A DNA stretch of 57,356 bases from Nanobdellati archaeon (GTDB lineage: Archaea; Nanobdellota; Nanobdellia; Woesearchaeales; JAADFO01), in assembly GCA_013152815.1 (NCBI GenBank), contig JAADFO010000072.1:1-57356 (forward strand), given 5' to 3'. The notes under the pieces were generated by a model that was not told the origin of the DNA, ran no database searches, and was given only the letters and a program-made list of their open reading frames with translations. Positions 40,966-51,651 of the stretch are shown piece by piece (the stretch's first letter is position 1; every line of letters starts with the position of its first letter). The position numbers were made by a program, and so were the translations under genes.

Positions 40966-42240
40966 ATGGAGCACGGCAGGAGGGCAGGGACAGGAAGGGA
41001 TGGCCGGAGAAGAGATGCGCAGAACAGCATCCTGAAGAGAATTCAGACATTGCAGGCAGCCCACCGGTCTCCAGGGATGATCGTCGACCAGCTGGTCAGG
41101 GAGGGCCATGCTCTGCAGGATATCAAGAGGTCCATCGTGTTCCTCCCGCTCACAGAGTATCACGGGTTCTCAGAACTGTTCAAGACAAGGCAGCATCAGT
41201 CCCGGGAAGTGCTTCGCACCTCTGCAGAGAAACAGGAGACAGAGGAGAGGAGAAGGACAACAAAGGAGGATCACCACCTGGTCGTTGAGCAGAAGGAGAT
41301 GCAGGAGGCAAGGCAGCCAGGACAATACCCAGGAACGTTCTTCTTCAACCGGCTGCAGCTCCTGGTGGTGGTCGGCGCACTGCTGCTCTTCTTCGTCTGG
41401 CTCCAGCTGACCACCCAGGCGTCCCTGTTCATCATCCTCGTAGCATTCTTCCCGACCCTGATCACCCTGTCGCTCGCCATCCTGGTCATGGAAAAGCAGG
41501 GAGAGCATTTCCTCTCGTATCTGTGGATCGTCGGCATACTTTTCATCGTGCTGTTCTATTTTCTCATGGACACCACCAACAATCCTCTGGCAACCCAGCT
41601 TGAGCTGGGAGAGGTGGCTGCCCTGAACTTCATCCTGACCGCGATGCTGCTCCTGATATTCAACACCACCATGCTGCGCTCAAGAAGATACATCAAGAAG
41701 ATGGAAAGCATCAGGGCGGAACATGATACCCTCCTGAAGGAGAACAGGGACCTCCACCTGCAGACAAAGACCATGGAAGGGAGACTGCTGTCCCTCGAAG
41801 AGTATGCCCACGCCATCGAAGATAAATGCAAAGCCATCAATTTCGTCATCGGCAGGGTCTACAAGGACAAGCATGGAGGGTCGCCAGAGATGAGGAACCG
41901 GATCAAGATAGACCCCTTATGGTACAATCAGTTCTCGACGGTGAAGAGTTTCAATGCTCCTGAGGACAAGGAGGTGCTCAGGGACATCATCACCAGGATA
42001 CAGGAGACGCTGCATCTTATAGGCCAGACCGAGAACAAGGTGTTCGGCCCGTCGGCCGACAGGCTCAGGGGGCTTGAGCGGGACCCTTCAGGAAGGGAGA
42101 GGGTCATCGAGGTGCTGGCAAAGAACGACAAGGATCCGGTGAAGACCTATTTTGAGAGCGCGAAGACCTTCTGCAGGAATGCGCTTGCGGAACTGGAAGC
42201 ATCACCGAAGAGACAAGAGACATCTTGGCCTGGCCGATAG
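40966..42240 (+). CDS. Hypothetical membrane protein (about 4 TM, coiled coil, soluble C-terminal domain)
   Basis: Long ORF with central hydrophobic segments; function not recognised. Confidence 0.7.
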   Translation: MEHGRRAGTGRDGRRRDAQNSILKRIQTLQAAHRSPGMIVDQLVREGHALQDIKRSIVFLPLTEYHGFSELFKTRQHQSREVLRTSAEKQETEERRRTTKEDHHLVVEQKEMQEARQPGQYPGTFFFNRLQLLVVVGALLLFFVWLQLTTQASLFIILVAFFPTLITLSLAILVMEKQGEHFLSYLWIVGILFIVLFYFLMDTTNNPLATQLELGEVAALNFILTAMLLLIFNTTMLRSRRYIKKMESIRAEHDTLLKENRDLHLQTKTMEGRLLSLEEYAHAIEDKCKAINFVIGRVYKDKHGGSPEMRNRIKIDPLWYNQFSTVKSFNAPEDKEVLRDIITRIQETLHLIGQTENKVFGPSADRLRGLERDPSGRERVIEVLAKNDKDPVKTYFESAKTFCRNALAELEASPKRQETSWPGR

Positions 42241-42322
42241 GGAGTCTGGACGAGCGAGAAAGACCATCTAGAGAAGAAGAGAGGAGAGCAAGAGCAACGA
42301 AGGATGCGCTACGGACGAGGTC

Positions 42323-43354
42323 TTACCGGTGCCGTTCTGATGGCAGTGGCAGTGAGGGCATCTTCTTTCGGATGATGTTCACCGGTCTCTTTTTCATCCG
42401 TCTGAGGAGGACAGACCAGGAGAGAAGCTTGTTCTTTGCTCCGTGATGCTCGAGGACAGATTCTGCGTTGGTGACCGCGAGCCTCAGTGCATGCTCAAGG
42501 TCGCCCTTCTTGATTATCCCCGCGAGAAAGGTCGAAGCGAAGGCATCCCCTGCGCCGGTCGACTCGACGATCTTGAACCTGTGGGCTACCGCATGATAGA
42601 GGTGATGTCCGTCGGTGGCCCATGCTCCCCCTGGACCGTCGGTGATGACCACGAGCGGGACCGTCTCCTGAAGTTTCCGGAGCAGATGCTCGATGGGCCG
42701 CTCGGTCTTGAATCCCTCACCGTCAAGCAGGGTCTGCGCCTCTTCCCTGTTGAGCACCAGGATGTGAGAAGCATCCAGCAGAGGCTGTATCTTCTTCTTT
42801 CCCAGACAGACCAGATACTGAGAAGGGTTGAAGCATATCCTGCTCCTGTTCTTTGCGGCATGGACGGCCAGGTCTTTGAGCATATCAAGGGAGGAGCCCA
42901 TCATGGAAGCGAAATAGAACCAGGATGTCTTCAGCCGGGAAGCCTTGAGTCGAGAGAAGCTGCCGCGGTCGTTGCAGCCTTTATAGGTGAGGATGGTGCG
43001 GTCGTGGGCGAGGGAATCCAGGATGATGGAATAGCCTGTCATCTCCTTGCCGACGACACCGAGAAAGTCGATCTTCTCCTTCCTGAGAAAGCTCTGGATC
43101 TGGCTGCCGTTCTCATCATCGCCGATCACTCCCACATAACCGGTGGAGAGACCGAGACGTCTGAGGCAGGTGGCCGTATTGGTGCCGCCGCCGCCGATGG
43201 TGAACATGAGCCTGTTGATGATGATCTTCGAACCAGAAGGGTAAGCGAGGAAGTCTTCTTTGCCGAGCGCACCGGAAAGCGAGATGAGCTCGCTCTTGTC
43301 GGTATGGGCAAAGACATCCACGGTTGCTGACCCGACGGTTATCACATCATACAT
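42323..43354 (-). CDS. PfkB/ribokinase-family carbohydrate kinase
   Basis: GGGGTN, NREEA, ESTGAGDAF. Confidence 0.93.
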   Translation of the reverse strand: MYDVITVGSATVDVFAHTDKSELISLSGALGKEDFLAYPSGSKIIINRLMFTIGGGGTNTATCLRRLGLSTGYVGVIGDDENGSQIQSFLRKEKIDFLGVVGKEMTGYSIILDSLAHDRTILTYKGCNDRGSFSRLKASRLKTSWFYFASMMGSSLDMLKDLAVHAAKNRSRICFNPSQYLVCLGKKKIQPLLDASHILVLNREEAQTLLDGEGFKTERPIEHLLRKLQETVPLVVITDGPGGAWATDGHHLYHAVAHRFKIVESTGAGDAFASTFLAGIIKKGDLEHALRLAVTNAESVLEHHGAKNKLLSWSVLLRRMKKRPVNIIRKKMPSLPLPSERHR

Positions 43355-43558
43355 GGGAATCCATTGGTCTCTTTCCTTTATAAAAGTTATTATATGCTAA
43401 CAGCCATGCGTTGACAGCCATACGTCAACAGCGTTAACAGCATATGCGTTATTAACATGATGGCATCCGACAGGAAACATTATTACAGGAAACATTCTTT
43501 TACTACAGGAAAGTATTGAGCTAACTTTTTATAAATCTGCACTGTCAGGGAAGTCGTC

Positions 43559-45484
43559 ATGGCTGAACTCAAACGGGTCCTGAACTTTCCCTCCCTGCTT
43601 CTGATCACGATCAATTCCATCATGGGGACCGGCATCTATTTCCTGGTGGCTGCAGGAGCGCGATATGGAGGACCTGCTTCCATCATCTCCTGGGTCATCA
43701 TGGCCTGTTTCGCTGTCTACATCTCTGCCTGTTTCGGAGAGCTTTCAGGCATGTTCCCCAAGGCAGGGGGGGTCTATGAGTATGCCAAACAGACCTATGG
43801 CCGGTTCTTCTCGTTCCTGGTCGGCTGGCTTACGTTCATCCTGGGAAATCTCACCATCGCCATGCTTGTGGTGGGTGCCATCCAGTACCTGCTCCCTGTG
43901 GGGGGAGAGCTCGTGAAGATCGGCATCTCCATCCTGTTCCTCATCATCTTCAACTATATGGCCTACCGCGGGATGAAGACATCGGCCATCATGCTGATAG
44001 CGTTCTCGGTTATAACACTGATCGTCATCTTTTCCATCCTCATCCTCGGAAGCTTCCACATCAACCCTGCAAATTTCCATCCATTCTTCAGCAAAGGAAA
44101 ATTTGCCATCCTCATCACCATCTTCTTCATCATGGAGACATTCTTCGGCTGGGAATCTGCGGTGAATCTCGCCGAGGAGACCAACGATCCTGAGAAGGTC
44201 ATCCCGAAGGCGCTGGTCATAGGGACAGGTATCATCTCGGTCATTGCCATTGCTCTGGCCATCGTGGCCATAGGAACCCTGGGAGCCGACAGGCTCGGGC
44301 AGAGCAGCGCTCCGCTGGCAGATATCATCCTCAGCTTTCTTGGAGAGAAAGGAAGGGAGATCATCACCCTCGCCACCTACCTGGCCATCATCGGCTCGGT
44401 AGCCGGCTGGGTGGTCTCGTCCCCGCGGCTGGTGCTGGCGCTCACCCGGGACAAGCTCTTCCTCTCCCACTTCGACAAGATCCACCCGGTCCATCATACA
44501 CCCTATCGGGCGATCATATTCCAGGGGATCACCTCGGCCATCCTTGTCATCGTCGGCTCGGGGTCCTATACAAAACTGCTGACCCTTCTGGTCCCCATGG
44601 CCCTGATCATGTACTCCATCGTCCTGTTCTCGGTCACCATACAACGTTTCAAGAACCCTGACCATCCCCGGCCGTTCCGGGTCCCCTTCGGCAAGACAGG
44701 GCCCATCCTCATGATATTCGTCTTCGGCGCACTCATGGCGACGTGGCTGCGTGTAGAGCCCGGTGCCATCCATCTCCTGAACCTGGGCCTCTCGCTCCTG
44801 GGAGTGGGTATCCCTCTCTATTTCCTCATAGGCCTTTACTATGACCCTGAGATGATCAGAAACGCCAATGACCTGACCGCCTATTTCTCGCTCTTCACCG
44901 AAGACCTCCTCATCCCCAGGAGGATACGGAAGGAGCTTTATACCATCCTCGGCCCCATCGAGGGGAAGACCGTGCTTGAATACGGATGTGGCGTCGGTAC
45001 GCTCACGGTGGACCTCACTGAGATGGTGGGCCCCGAGGGGAAGGTCTTTGCGGCAGACATGTCCAAGAACCGGCTGAAGATCACCCAGAAGAGATACAAC
45101 AGGGCGCTTTGGGACTCCTATGAACGGAAGCATGGCAGGATGATACCCATCTATGATGAAGAGCTGGTGCTCCGGGTCCATAGCTCCATCAGTCGGGCAG
45201 ACCTCGTGGTCTCCATCGGGATGCTCAGCTATGTCCAGGACATCCATAAGATATTGCGGGAGATGAACAGCATCCTTCCCAACGGAGGGAAGATCATCTT
45301 CATAGAATATGGGGACTACTTCAAGATCGTCCCCAATCCTGAATGGCTGGAGAACAACAGCATCATCGAGAGGATCTTCCGGGAAAGCGGTTTCAGTGTA
45401 CAGGTCGAAAGAAAGAAAGGCCTCTTCTGGAACTACATCTATGTCTACGGCATCAAGAGCGAGAATGATGTCGCGTTCATCTGA
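43559..45484 (+). CDS. APC-family amino acid permease fused to class I SAM-methyltransferase domain
   Basis: IMGTGIY, PKAGG, GWES..AEE; C-terminal VLEYGCGVG, AADMS, LPNGGK. Confidence 0.88.
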   Translation: MAELKRVLNFPSLLLITINSIMGTGIYFLVAAGARYGGPASIISWVIMACFAVYISACFGELSGMFPKAGGVYEYAKQTYGRFFSFLVGWLTFILGNLTIAMLVVGAIQYLLPVGGELVKIGISILFLIIFNYMAYRGMKTSAIMLIAFSVITLIVIFSILILGSFHINPANFHPFFSKGKFAILITIFFIMETFFGWESAVNLAEETNDPEKVIPKALVIGTGIISVIAIALAIVAIGTLGADRLGQSSAPLADIILSFLGEKGREIITLATYLAIIGSVAGWVVSSPRLVLALTRDKLFLSHFDKIHPVHHTPYRAIIFQGITSAILVIVGSGSYTKLLTLLVPMALIMYSIVLFSVTIQRFKNPDHPRPFRVPFGKTGPILMIFVFGALMATWLRVEPGAIHLLNLGLSLLGVGIPLYFLIGLYYDPEMIRNANDLTAYFSLFTEDLLIPRRIRKELYTILGPIEGKTVLEYGCGVGTLTVDLTEMVGPEGKVFAADMSKNRLKITQKRYNRALWDSYERKHGRMIPIYDEELVLRVHSSISRADLVVSIGMLSYVQDIHKILREMNSILPNGGKIIFIEYGDYFKIVPNPEWLENNSIIERIFRESGFSVQVERKKGLFWNYIYVYGIKSENDVAFI

Positions 45485-45595
45485 TGCAGATGTGCGTTGA
45501 CGAAGGTCGGATGAATGGCCGGAGAGAAGACAGACAAAGGGAATGGGCGTTCAGAAAGGAGAGAAAAGATGTTCAGTCCATGAATGATCTGATGT

Positions 45596-46198
45596 TTACC
45601 GGCTCGAATCTGCCTGTCTTTCCATCTCGTTCTTCTTGGACAGTGCCAGGGAATGGGAAGAGAGCTCGTAGGCGGCGATGATCTCGTCAGCCAAAGCCTC
45701 TGCTATCGGTTTCTTCTTGTTGAAGGACTTTGCATAGGCACCCTGCACCATCAGCCGGAGCGTTATGTCGATGCGTCGCTGGGGCGCACAGTCGACCGCC
45801 TTGGGATATCTTGCCCCTCCATATTCGATGGTGAGGATCTCTTCCCGGGGTGCTGCATTCACGAGGGCCTGCACATAGACCTCGACAGGGTTCTTCTTGG
45901 TCCGCTGCTCGATGAGCGAGAAGGTGTCCTGGACGATCCGGTAGGCATTATGGACCTTGCCGGTGACATGGCCTGAAGATTTTTGGTGCTTCTTGCCTTT
46001 ATGCCCGGGAACCATGAGCTTATTGATGAGCCGTTCGACGATGGAGACCTTCGACTTATGGAACCGGTTGCCTGCGTAGCGGGCTCCAGAGCGAGGGACG
46101 ATCCGCGGAACGAGCGAGATGTATTTCAGCAGACCAGGGTCGGCTACGGTGATCCCTTCAGTGGAATATTTGTCGAAGATCTTGAGCTCTTGCATCAT
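45596..46198 (-). CDS. rps7: 30S ribosomal protein uS7
   Basis: [36 protein letters not shown]. Confidence 0.97.
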   Translation of the reverse strand: MMQELKIFDKYSTEGITVADPGLLKYISLVPRIVPRSGARYAGNRFHKSKVSIVERLINKLMVPGHKGKKHQKSSGHVTGKVHNAYRIVQDTFSLIEQRTKKNPVEVYVQALVNAAPREEILTIEYGGARYPKAVDCAPQRRIDITLRLMVQGAYAKSFNKKKPIAEALADEIIAAYELSSHSLALSKKNEMERQADSSR

Positions 46199-46632
46199 TT
46201 TCGTGCCTTCTCCACCTGGCCTTTCCGGAGAGCGAGCAGGGATTGGTCATTGACCTTGATGACCTGCCAGCGGACACCAGGAATGTCGCCCTTGGCCCGT
46301 CCCATCTTGCCGCCGATGCATTCGATGAGGACCTCGTCGTGTTCATCGATGAGCTTGGTGGCTCCGTCTCCAGGAGCAAAGGCAGTTACCTGCTTTCCGT
46401 TCTTGGTGAGCTGGACGCGTACGCACTTTCGCATGGCAGAGTTCGGCTGTTTCGCCTCGAGCTGGATCTTCTCAAGGACGATGCCCCGTGCCTGGGATGC
46501 TCCTCCGAGAGGGTCCGACTTCTTCTTCAGGCCGAGGGTCCTCGTAACATATCTCTTCTCCATCCAATTGGACTTGGAGCGCCTGGACTGCAGCTTTTTG
46601 GCCGCGTTCATTCCCTGTGATTTCTTTGCCAT
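46195..46632 (-). CDS. rps12: 30S ribosomal protein uS12
   Basis: [20 protein letters not shown]. Confidence 0.98.
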   Translation of the reverse strand: MAKKSQGMNAAKKLQSRRSKSNWMEKRYVTRTLGLKKKSDPLGGASQARGIVLEKIQLEAKQPNSAMRKCVRVQLTKNGKQVTAFAPGDGATKLIDEHDEVLIECIGGKMGRAKGDIPGVRWQVIKVNDQSLLALRKGQVEKARK

Positions 46633-46668
46633 GAAGATGACCTGGTCGACCGTTCAGACGACTTCGAC

Positions 46669-47088
46669 TCATACGACTTTCATGTCTCTGATCGGAAAAT
46701 ACCGCTTGACGATGTTGGTCGTCTGTTTGAGATTCCGAAAATCCCGGCCGATTAATAAACCTTTTGTTTTCGTGTCGCCCCCCTGGATGACGATGTTCTC
46801 ATCGTCAAGGGTGATGCGTTCTGCTTTAAGGGGATAGATGAGATTGGCGACAAACCTGCATATATCCTCATCAAACTGGACAATCCTGACCTTCCTCTTC
46901 AGCAGTTCAGAGAGCTTATGGACATTTGCTGCCTTTTTTCCCAACGCCTTGCCGAGTTCTCCCTTCTTGACCACGAAGACCATGGTCTGATTATGGTCCT
47001 CATAGCAGTCATGGAGGGACGCTCGGGTCACCCTCTCGAAGAGCGACATGAACCTCATGAGCTGAAAGTCATATTTTATTTTGGTCAT
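46669..47088 (-). CDS. nusA: Archaeal NusA (two KH domains)
   Basis: GKALGK, KGLLIGR; operon position. Confidence 0.92.
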   Translation of the reverse strand: MTKIKYDFQLMRFMSLFERVTRASLHDCYEDHNQTMVFVVKKGELGKALGKKAANVHKLSELLKRKVRIVQFDEDICRFVANLIYPLKAERITLDDENIVIQGGDTKTKGLLIGRDFRNLKQTTNIVKRYFPIRDMKVV

Positions 47089-47122
47089 GGTGCAGGTTCT
47101 GCAAAAAAAAGAGGAAAGATCA

Positions 47123-47401
47123 TCATGCTTTGAGGATGCCCATCACCGATATGGAGAACGGTTTCTTTCCGAGGAGTCCGAGTTCCACATTGTCCATGTC
47201 CACTTCCTGTACTGCGGTCTCTGAAAGATCGGCCAACCGCAGGAGCTCCTTCCTGTCCTTGGGCGGCACAGACTTGGAGAGCACCAGAGTCTCAAGGCTG
47301 GCGGTGGCGAGCCGGGTGAGCGTGCGCTTCATGCCGATCACAGCCCTGCCGGTATCGATGCTTTCTCTGAGCAGTTTCTTGAAGTCTTGCTGTTTCACCA
47401 T
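47123..47401 (-). CDS. rpl30e: 50S ribosomal protein eL30
   Basis: TGRAVIG..T, ELGLLGKKPF; operon position. Confidence 0.9.
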   Translation of the reverse strand: MVKQQDFKKLLRESIDTGRAVIGMKRTLTRLATASLETLVLSKSVPPKDRKELLRLADLSETAVQEVDMDNVELGLLGKKPFSISVMGILKA

Positions 47402-47555
47402 GGTCTTACCTGTCCTATCAAGGGAACGAATGAACCAGGTTCCCTTTAAAAGCGTTTGTATTGTTCTCTGTTCTGTACTCGGTATGCTGTTCGTAGAGGG
47501 AAGCGATCCTGGAAAGGCCGGGCAGATCACAGCACAAACAGCACAAACACAGCAC

Positions 47556-48701
47556 CTAGTCTTTCTTCTTCATCTTCACCTCGGTGACAAGGCCGGGAAG
47601 CCCTGTTCCGACAGGCACCGGCTGGTTGATCATGACGTTCTCGACCACCGAGGTCAGATGGTCCTGCTCGCCGATCATCGCTGCATTGATGATATGACGA
47701 AGAGGCGTCTCGAAGGACGCTCTTGCCAGGACCGAGGATTTCAGGTTGACGACACCGTAGCGCGTTATGCCCTTGATCATTCCGCTGATGCACATGGTCT
47801 CTGAGACGAGCATGATATGGCGGATGTCCACGTTCAGCCCCTGGTTCTCGATGACCTTGAACACTTCATTGATGATCGCCTGTCGTGCCGCTTCGATGCC
47901 GAAGACAGCAGCGATCTCATGGATATCATTGGTCATGGACCGCTGGCCGTCGACAAAGTCCAGCTTGAGGAGATCCTTCAGGTTCGACCCGAAGGTCACG
48001 ATGACATATTCGTCCCCGTGCTTCACCGGAAGCACCTGGGTGACGCCCTTGACGCCGCTGATGAAGAGCTTCTTCAGCTTCTCTTTGGTCTTGTAGAGTG
48101 CGTTGATGGTGTCTTCCTTGGCCTTTGCCTTGAGGGTGAAGATGTTCTTGTCATATTTGAGGGTCCAACCCTTGACCGCCTTCTCCATGAGCTTAGCGAT
48201 GCCGGGGACGGTGAGTTCCATATCCTTTATGGTCTCCTGGTTCAGTTCAATCTCGATGAGACCCTCGGCTATGTTGGTCTCGATGGATGCTATGAGCTCG
48301 ACAAGCCGGGTCTCTTTTATTCGGGCGGCGATCTTCTTTATGCCTGTCCCCTTTGCAGCGGCCCCCTTCAGATAGATCTCCATGGTGGGCGTCGATATGG
48401 TCTTCCGCCCGTCGAGAATCTCGATTATCCTTGGAAGCCCTACCGTGACGTTCATCTCAGCGACTCCTGCGAAGTGGAACGTGTTCAGGGTCATCTGGGT
48501 CCCTGGCTCGCCGAGGGATTCAGCAGAGACCATGCCGACACACTCACCGGGGTCGACGGAAGAGAGTGCGATCTCCTTCTTCACCTGCTCGAGGATGGCT
48601 TTGACCTTGGTCTTGCCGGTCTTTGGTGGGATAAGGGACTTTATCTCCTCCATCAAGAGAGGGGAGATGTCCTCCTGGTATTGTTTGAAGAGTTCTTCCA
48701 T
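47556..48701 (-). CDS. rpoA2: RNA polymerase subunit A'' (Rpo1C)
   Basis: GEPGTQMTLNTFH, GLPR, ARASFE, PVGTG. Confidence 0.98.
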   Translation of the reverse strand: MEELFKQYQEDISPLLMEEIKSLIPPKTGKTKVKAILEQVKKEIALSSVDPGECVGMVSAESLGEPGTQMTLNTFHFAGVAEMNVTVGLPRIIEILDGRKTISTPTMEIYLKGAAAKGTGIKKIAARIKETRLVELIASIETNIAEGLIEIELNQETIKDMELTVPGIAKLMEKAVKGWTLKYDKNIFTLKAKAKEDTINALYKTKEKLKKLFISGVKGVTQVLPVKHGDEYVIVTFGSNLKDLLKLDFVDGQRSMTNDIHEIAAVFGIEAARQAIINEVFKVIENQGLNVDIRHIMLVSETMCISGMIKGITRYGVVNLKSSVLARASFETPLRHIINAAMIGEQDHLTSVVENVMINQPVPVGTGLPGLVTEVKMKKKD

Positions 48702-48795
48702 CGGGGGTCACGTCATTCGGGTTTTCTGAGTTTTTGAGTTTTTTCGGACAGTGTTCCTTTAGTGTTCCTTGATAGTGTTTCTTTTGATCGGACAG

Positions 48796-51606
48796 CTAGA
48801 TGCCGAGGACATTCTCGACGATCCTTTTGACATTGATCTTGCCGCCTTCGCTGCGAGAGACGTCGATACCGTCCTCGCCGTACTTGAACTGGATCATCTT
48901 GTTGGTGGCGTCCCGCACAGTATGGTCATAGTCGACCTTGAGGTCCTGCATGGCATTGGCGAGGCGACGGTAGAGGTAGCCTGACTTCGGTGTCCGAAGA
49001 GCCGTATCCATGAGTGAATCCCTTCCGGTCATGCCCATGAAGAAGAACTCGGAAGGGCTCAGGCCGTTCTTGAATCCTGCTTTGATGAATCCTCTCGCCT
49101 CAGAGCTCCGATCATGCTTCTTGAAGGCAGAGAGGGTGGTGTCATTATAGCCGTTATCTATGCGTTTCCCCCGCATGGCCTGCTGACCCACACAGGCTGC
49201 CATCTGTGCAAGATTGAGAAGGTTTCCTCTCGCTCCTGAAGATGCCATGATCATGGTATGGGAGTTCTGGTCAGAATAGGTCGCCACCAGCTGGCCTGTC
49301 TCGTTCCTTGCCTGGTTGAGCGTGTCCAGGATCCGCAGTTCCAGGGTCTCCATGAGACTCCTGCTGGGGAATGCGTCCAACTTGCCGGCATGATAGTCCT
49401 CGATCAGCTGTGCGACCATCACATCAGCTCGGTTGATGACATCCTTGATCTTCGCCTTGGCATGTGCAGGGAGGTCGGTATCAGAGATGGGGGTGGTGAA
49501 ACCATGCAGCTGAAGGACCCTGGTGCCCAGCTTGAAGATGTTTCCGAGTATCTTGATGGTCATGGCAGCGCCATACTTCTTATGGATGGTCCTCAGGAGC
49601 AGGCCTTGCCCTTCTCCCAGGGTCGCCTTGTCCAGATGACCTTTTATGACCTTTCCGTTCTTTATCTTGACCGGCTCTCCGTCGTTCGATTGGCCATTGA
49701 AGGAGAAGTCCGACGGGAGAAGCACCGAGAACAGTTCCTTGCCGGTGATGATGTCTTTCTTGGGAAGCTTGCTGAAGTCGCTTACGCCGATGCTGAAGAG
49801 GAGACCTGCTGCCTGCTGTCGGTCGAAGGAGAGCTCCTTGGTCAGCATATAGTTTCCGGAGATCGCGTCCTGGACACAGCCGATGATGGAAAGCCCGTAA
49901 CGTGGAGAGATGAGCTGGGTCTCGACTTCCATCAGGAGTTCTGCCTCTGCTCTCGCCTCCTCTGTCTGGGGGATGTGCAGGTTCATCTCGTCGCCGTCGA
50001 AGTCTGCATTGTAAGGAGCGCAGACGGCGGGGTTGAGCCGGAAGGTCCTTCCCGGAAGCACCCTGATCCTGTGGCACATCATGCTCATACGATGCAGGGA
50101 GGGTTGCCTGTTGAAGACAGCGATGTCACCGTCCATGAGATGGCGTTCCACATGATACCCCGGCTGGAGCTCTTCGAGGACCTGCTCCTTGGACTCTTCG
50201 GTGATCTTTTTCTTCTTTCCGTCGGGCCGGACGATGTAGTTTGCGCCGGGATAGACACCGGGTCCTCGTTCGACGAATTTCTTCAGATAGGCCATGTTCC
50301 ATTCGGTCAGGGTCTCCGGGACGCTCAGTTTCATGGCCACGACCCTGGGAACGCCGACCTCGTCGATGGCGATCATGGGATCGGGAGAGATGACCGTACG
50401 GGCAGAGAAGTTGGTCCTCTTGCCGGCGAGATTGTAGCGGATGCGTCCCTCTTTGCTTTTGATCCTTTCGGTGATGGTCTTCAGGGGCTGTCCGCTCCTA
50501 TGTCGGGCCGGAGGAAGCTGCGCAACATCATTGTCGAAGAAGGTGGTCACATGGTACTGCAAGAGATCCCAAAGGTCCTCTATGATTATCTCAGGAGCGC
50601 CTGCGTTGATGTTCTCGAAAAGACGCTGGTTGATCCGGACGATGTCTCCCAGCTTGTGGGTGAGATCATCCTCTGAGCGTTCACCGCTCTCGAGGGTTAT
50701 GGATGGCCGCATGGTCACCGGAGGGATCGACAGGACGGTGAGGACCATCCATTCAGGTCTTGCCACCTCGGGATTGAGCCCCAGGAGCTCCAGATCATCA
50801 TCAGGTATCTTCTCCAGACGCGTCCTGATCTCGATGGGGGTGAGCCGCTTATCGTTCTCCATGAAGGTGGATGGCTTCTCGAGGGTGATGGGATACTGTT
50901 TGGCGTTGGAATGGGGTGACTTGGTGGTGGCCTTCATGGTGGCGATGAGCTTCTTGATATAGATCCTCGCCTCTTCTTCGCCCTGTTCGGCCTCGATCTT
51001 CCGGAGTTTCGCCCGATAGACCTTGATCTTGTTCTCAGGGAGCAGGAGCCTGGAATTCTCCCGGTCGATGGAACGGAGTATGTTGAGGATCTTGCTGACG
51101 AACTTTATGTGGATGACCGGCCGGGCGAGCTCGATGTAGCCGAAATGTCCGAGACAGTCCTTGAGCTTCAGCCCGTCGGTGCGGCATTTGAGTCCCGGAT
51201 CGATGACGCCGAGACGGGTATCCATGAGACCGCCGTCCACCGGATATCCCTCCTTGTCGTAGAGCTCTGGCGTCACCACCTTTGCTTTGGCCATCTTCTT
51301 GATGATCTTCGGAGAGAACATGCCGAAGGTGATGGAGGAAATCTTACGATAGATGGGAGCTTCACTCATGACATCCCACGGTTCCTCGGGGGGTGTCTTG
51401 TCCTTTGCCGGTTCTTCCTCTCCGGCAGGAGCAGCGGTGGCTGTATCAGAGGACGTATCCTTCGGGTCGGCTGTGCCGGATGTCCCGGGATCGGCTGCTT
51501 CGGCAGCGGGGACTTCTGTCTCCTCTACTGCGACCGCAGGGTTCTCGTCCGCCGTCTCTACCTTCTCTGCCGTCTCTGCATCGGTTGGCTGTTCTTCTTT
51601 TTTCAT
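48796..51606 (-). CDS. rpoA1: RNA polymerase subunit A' (Rpo1N) with acidic N-terminal extension
   Basis: NADFDGD catalytic motif, FNRQPSLH, SGYLYRRL. Confidence 0.98.
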   Translation of the reverse strand: MKKEEQPTDAETAEKVETADENPAVAVEETEVPAAEAADPGTSGTADPKDTSSDTATAAPAGEEEPAKDKTPPEEPWDVMSEAPIYRKISSITFGMFSPKIIKKMAKAKVVTPELYDKEGYPVDGGLMDTRLGVIDPGLKCRTDGLKLKDCLGHFGYIELARPVIHIKFVSKILNILRSIDRENSRLLLPENKIKVYRAKLRKIEAEQGEEEARIYIKKLIATMKATTKSPHSNAKQYPITLEKPSTFMENDKRLTPIEIRTRLEKIPDDDLELLGLNPEVARPEWMVLTVLSIPPVTMRPSITLESGERSEDDLTHKLGDIVRINQRLFENINAGAPEIIIEDLWDLLQYHVTTFFDNDVAQLPPARHRSGQPLKTITERIKSKEGRIRYNLAGKRTNFSARTVISPDPMIAIDEVGVPRVVAMKLSVPETLTEWNMAYLKKFVERGPGVYPGANYIVRPDGKKKKITEESKEQVLEELQPGYHVERHLMDGDIAVFNRQPSLHRMSMMCHRIRVLPGRTFRLNPAVCAPYNADFDGDEMNLHIPQTEEARAEAELLMEVETQLISPRYGLSIIGCVQDAISGNYMLTKELSFDRQQAAGLLFSIGVSDFSKLPKKDIITGKELFSVLLPSDFSFNGQSNDGEPVKIKNGKVIKGHLDKATLGEGQGLLLRTIHKKYGAAMTIKILGNIFKLGTRVLQLHGFTTPISDTDLPAHAKAKIKDVINRADVMVAQLIEDYHAGKLDAFPSRSLMETLELRILDTLNQARNETGQLVATYSDQNSHTMIMASSGARGNLLNLAQMAACVGQQAMRGKRIDNGYNDTTLSAFKKHDRSSEARGFIKAGFKNGLSPSEFFFMGMTGRDSLMDTALRTPKSGYLYRRLANAMQDLKVDYDHTVRDATNKMIQFKYGEDGIDVSRSEGGKINVKRIVENVLGI

Positions 51607-51651
51607 GGGATATCCCGCCTGGTGATGATGTCGCTGTTGAAGATGAAGGTC

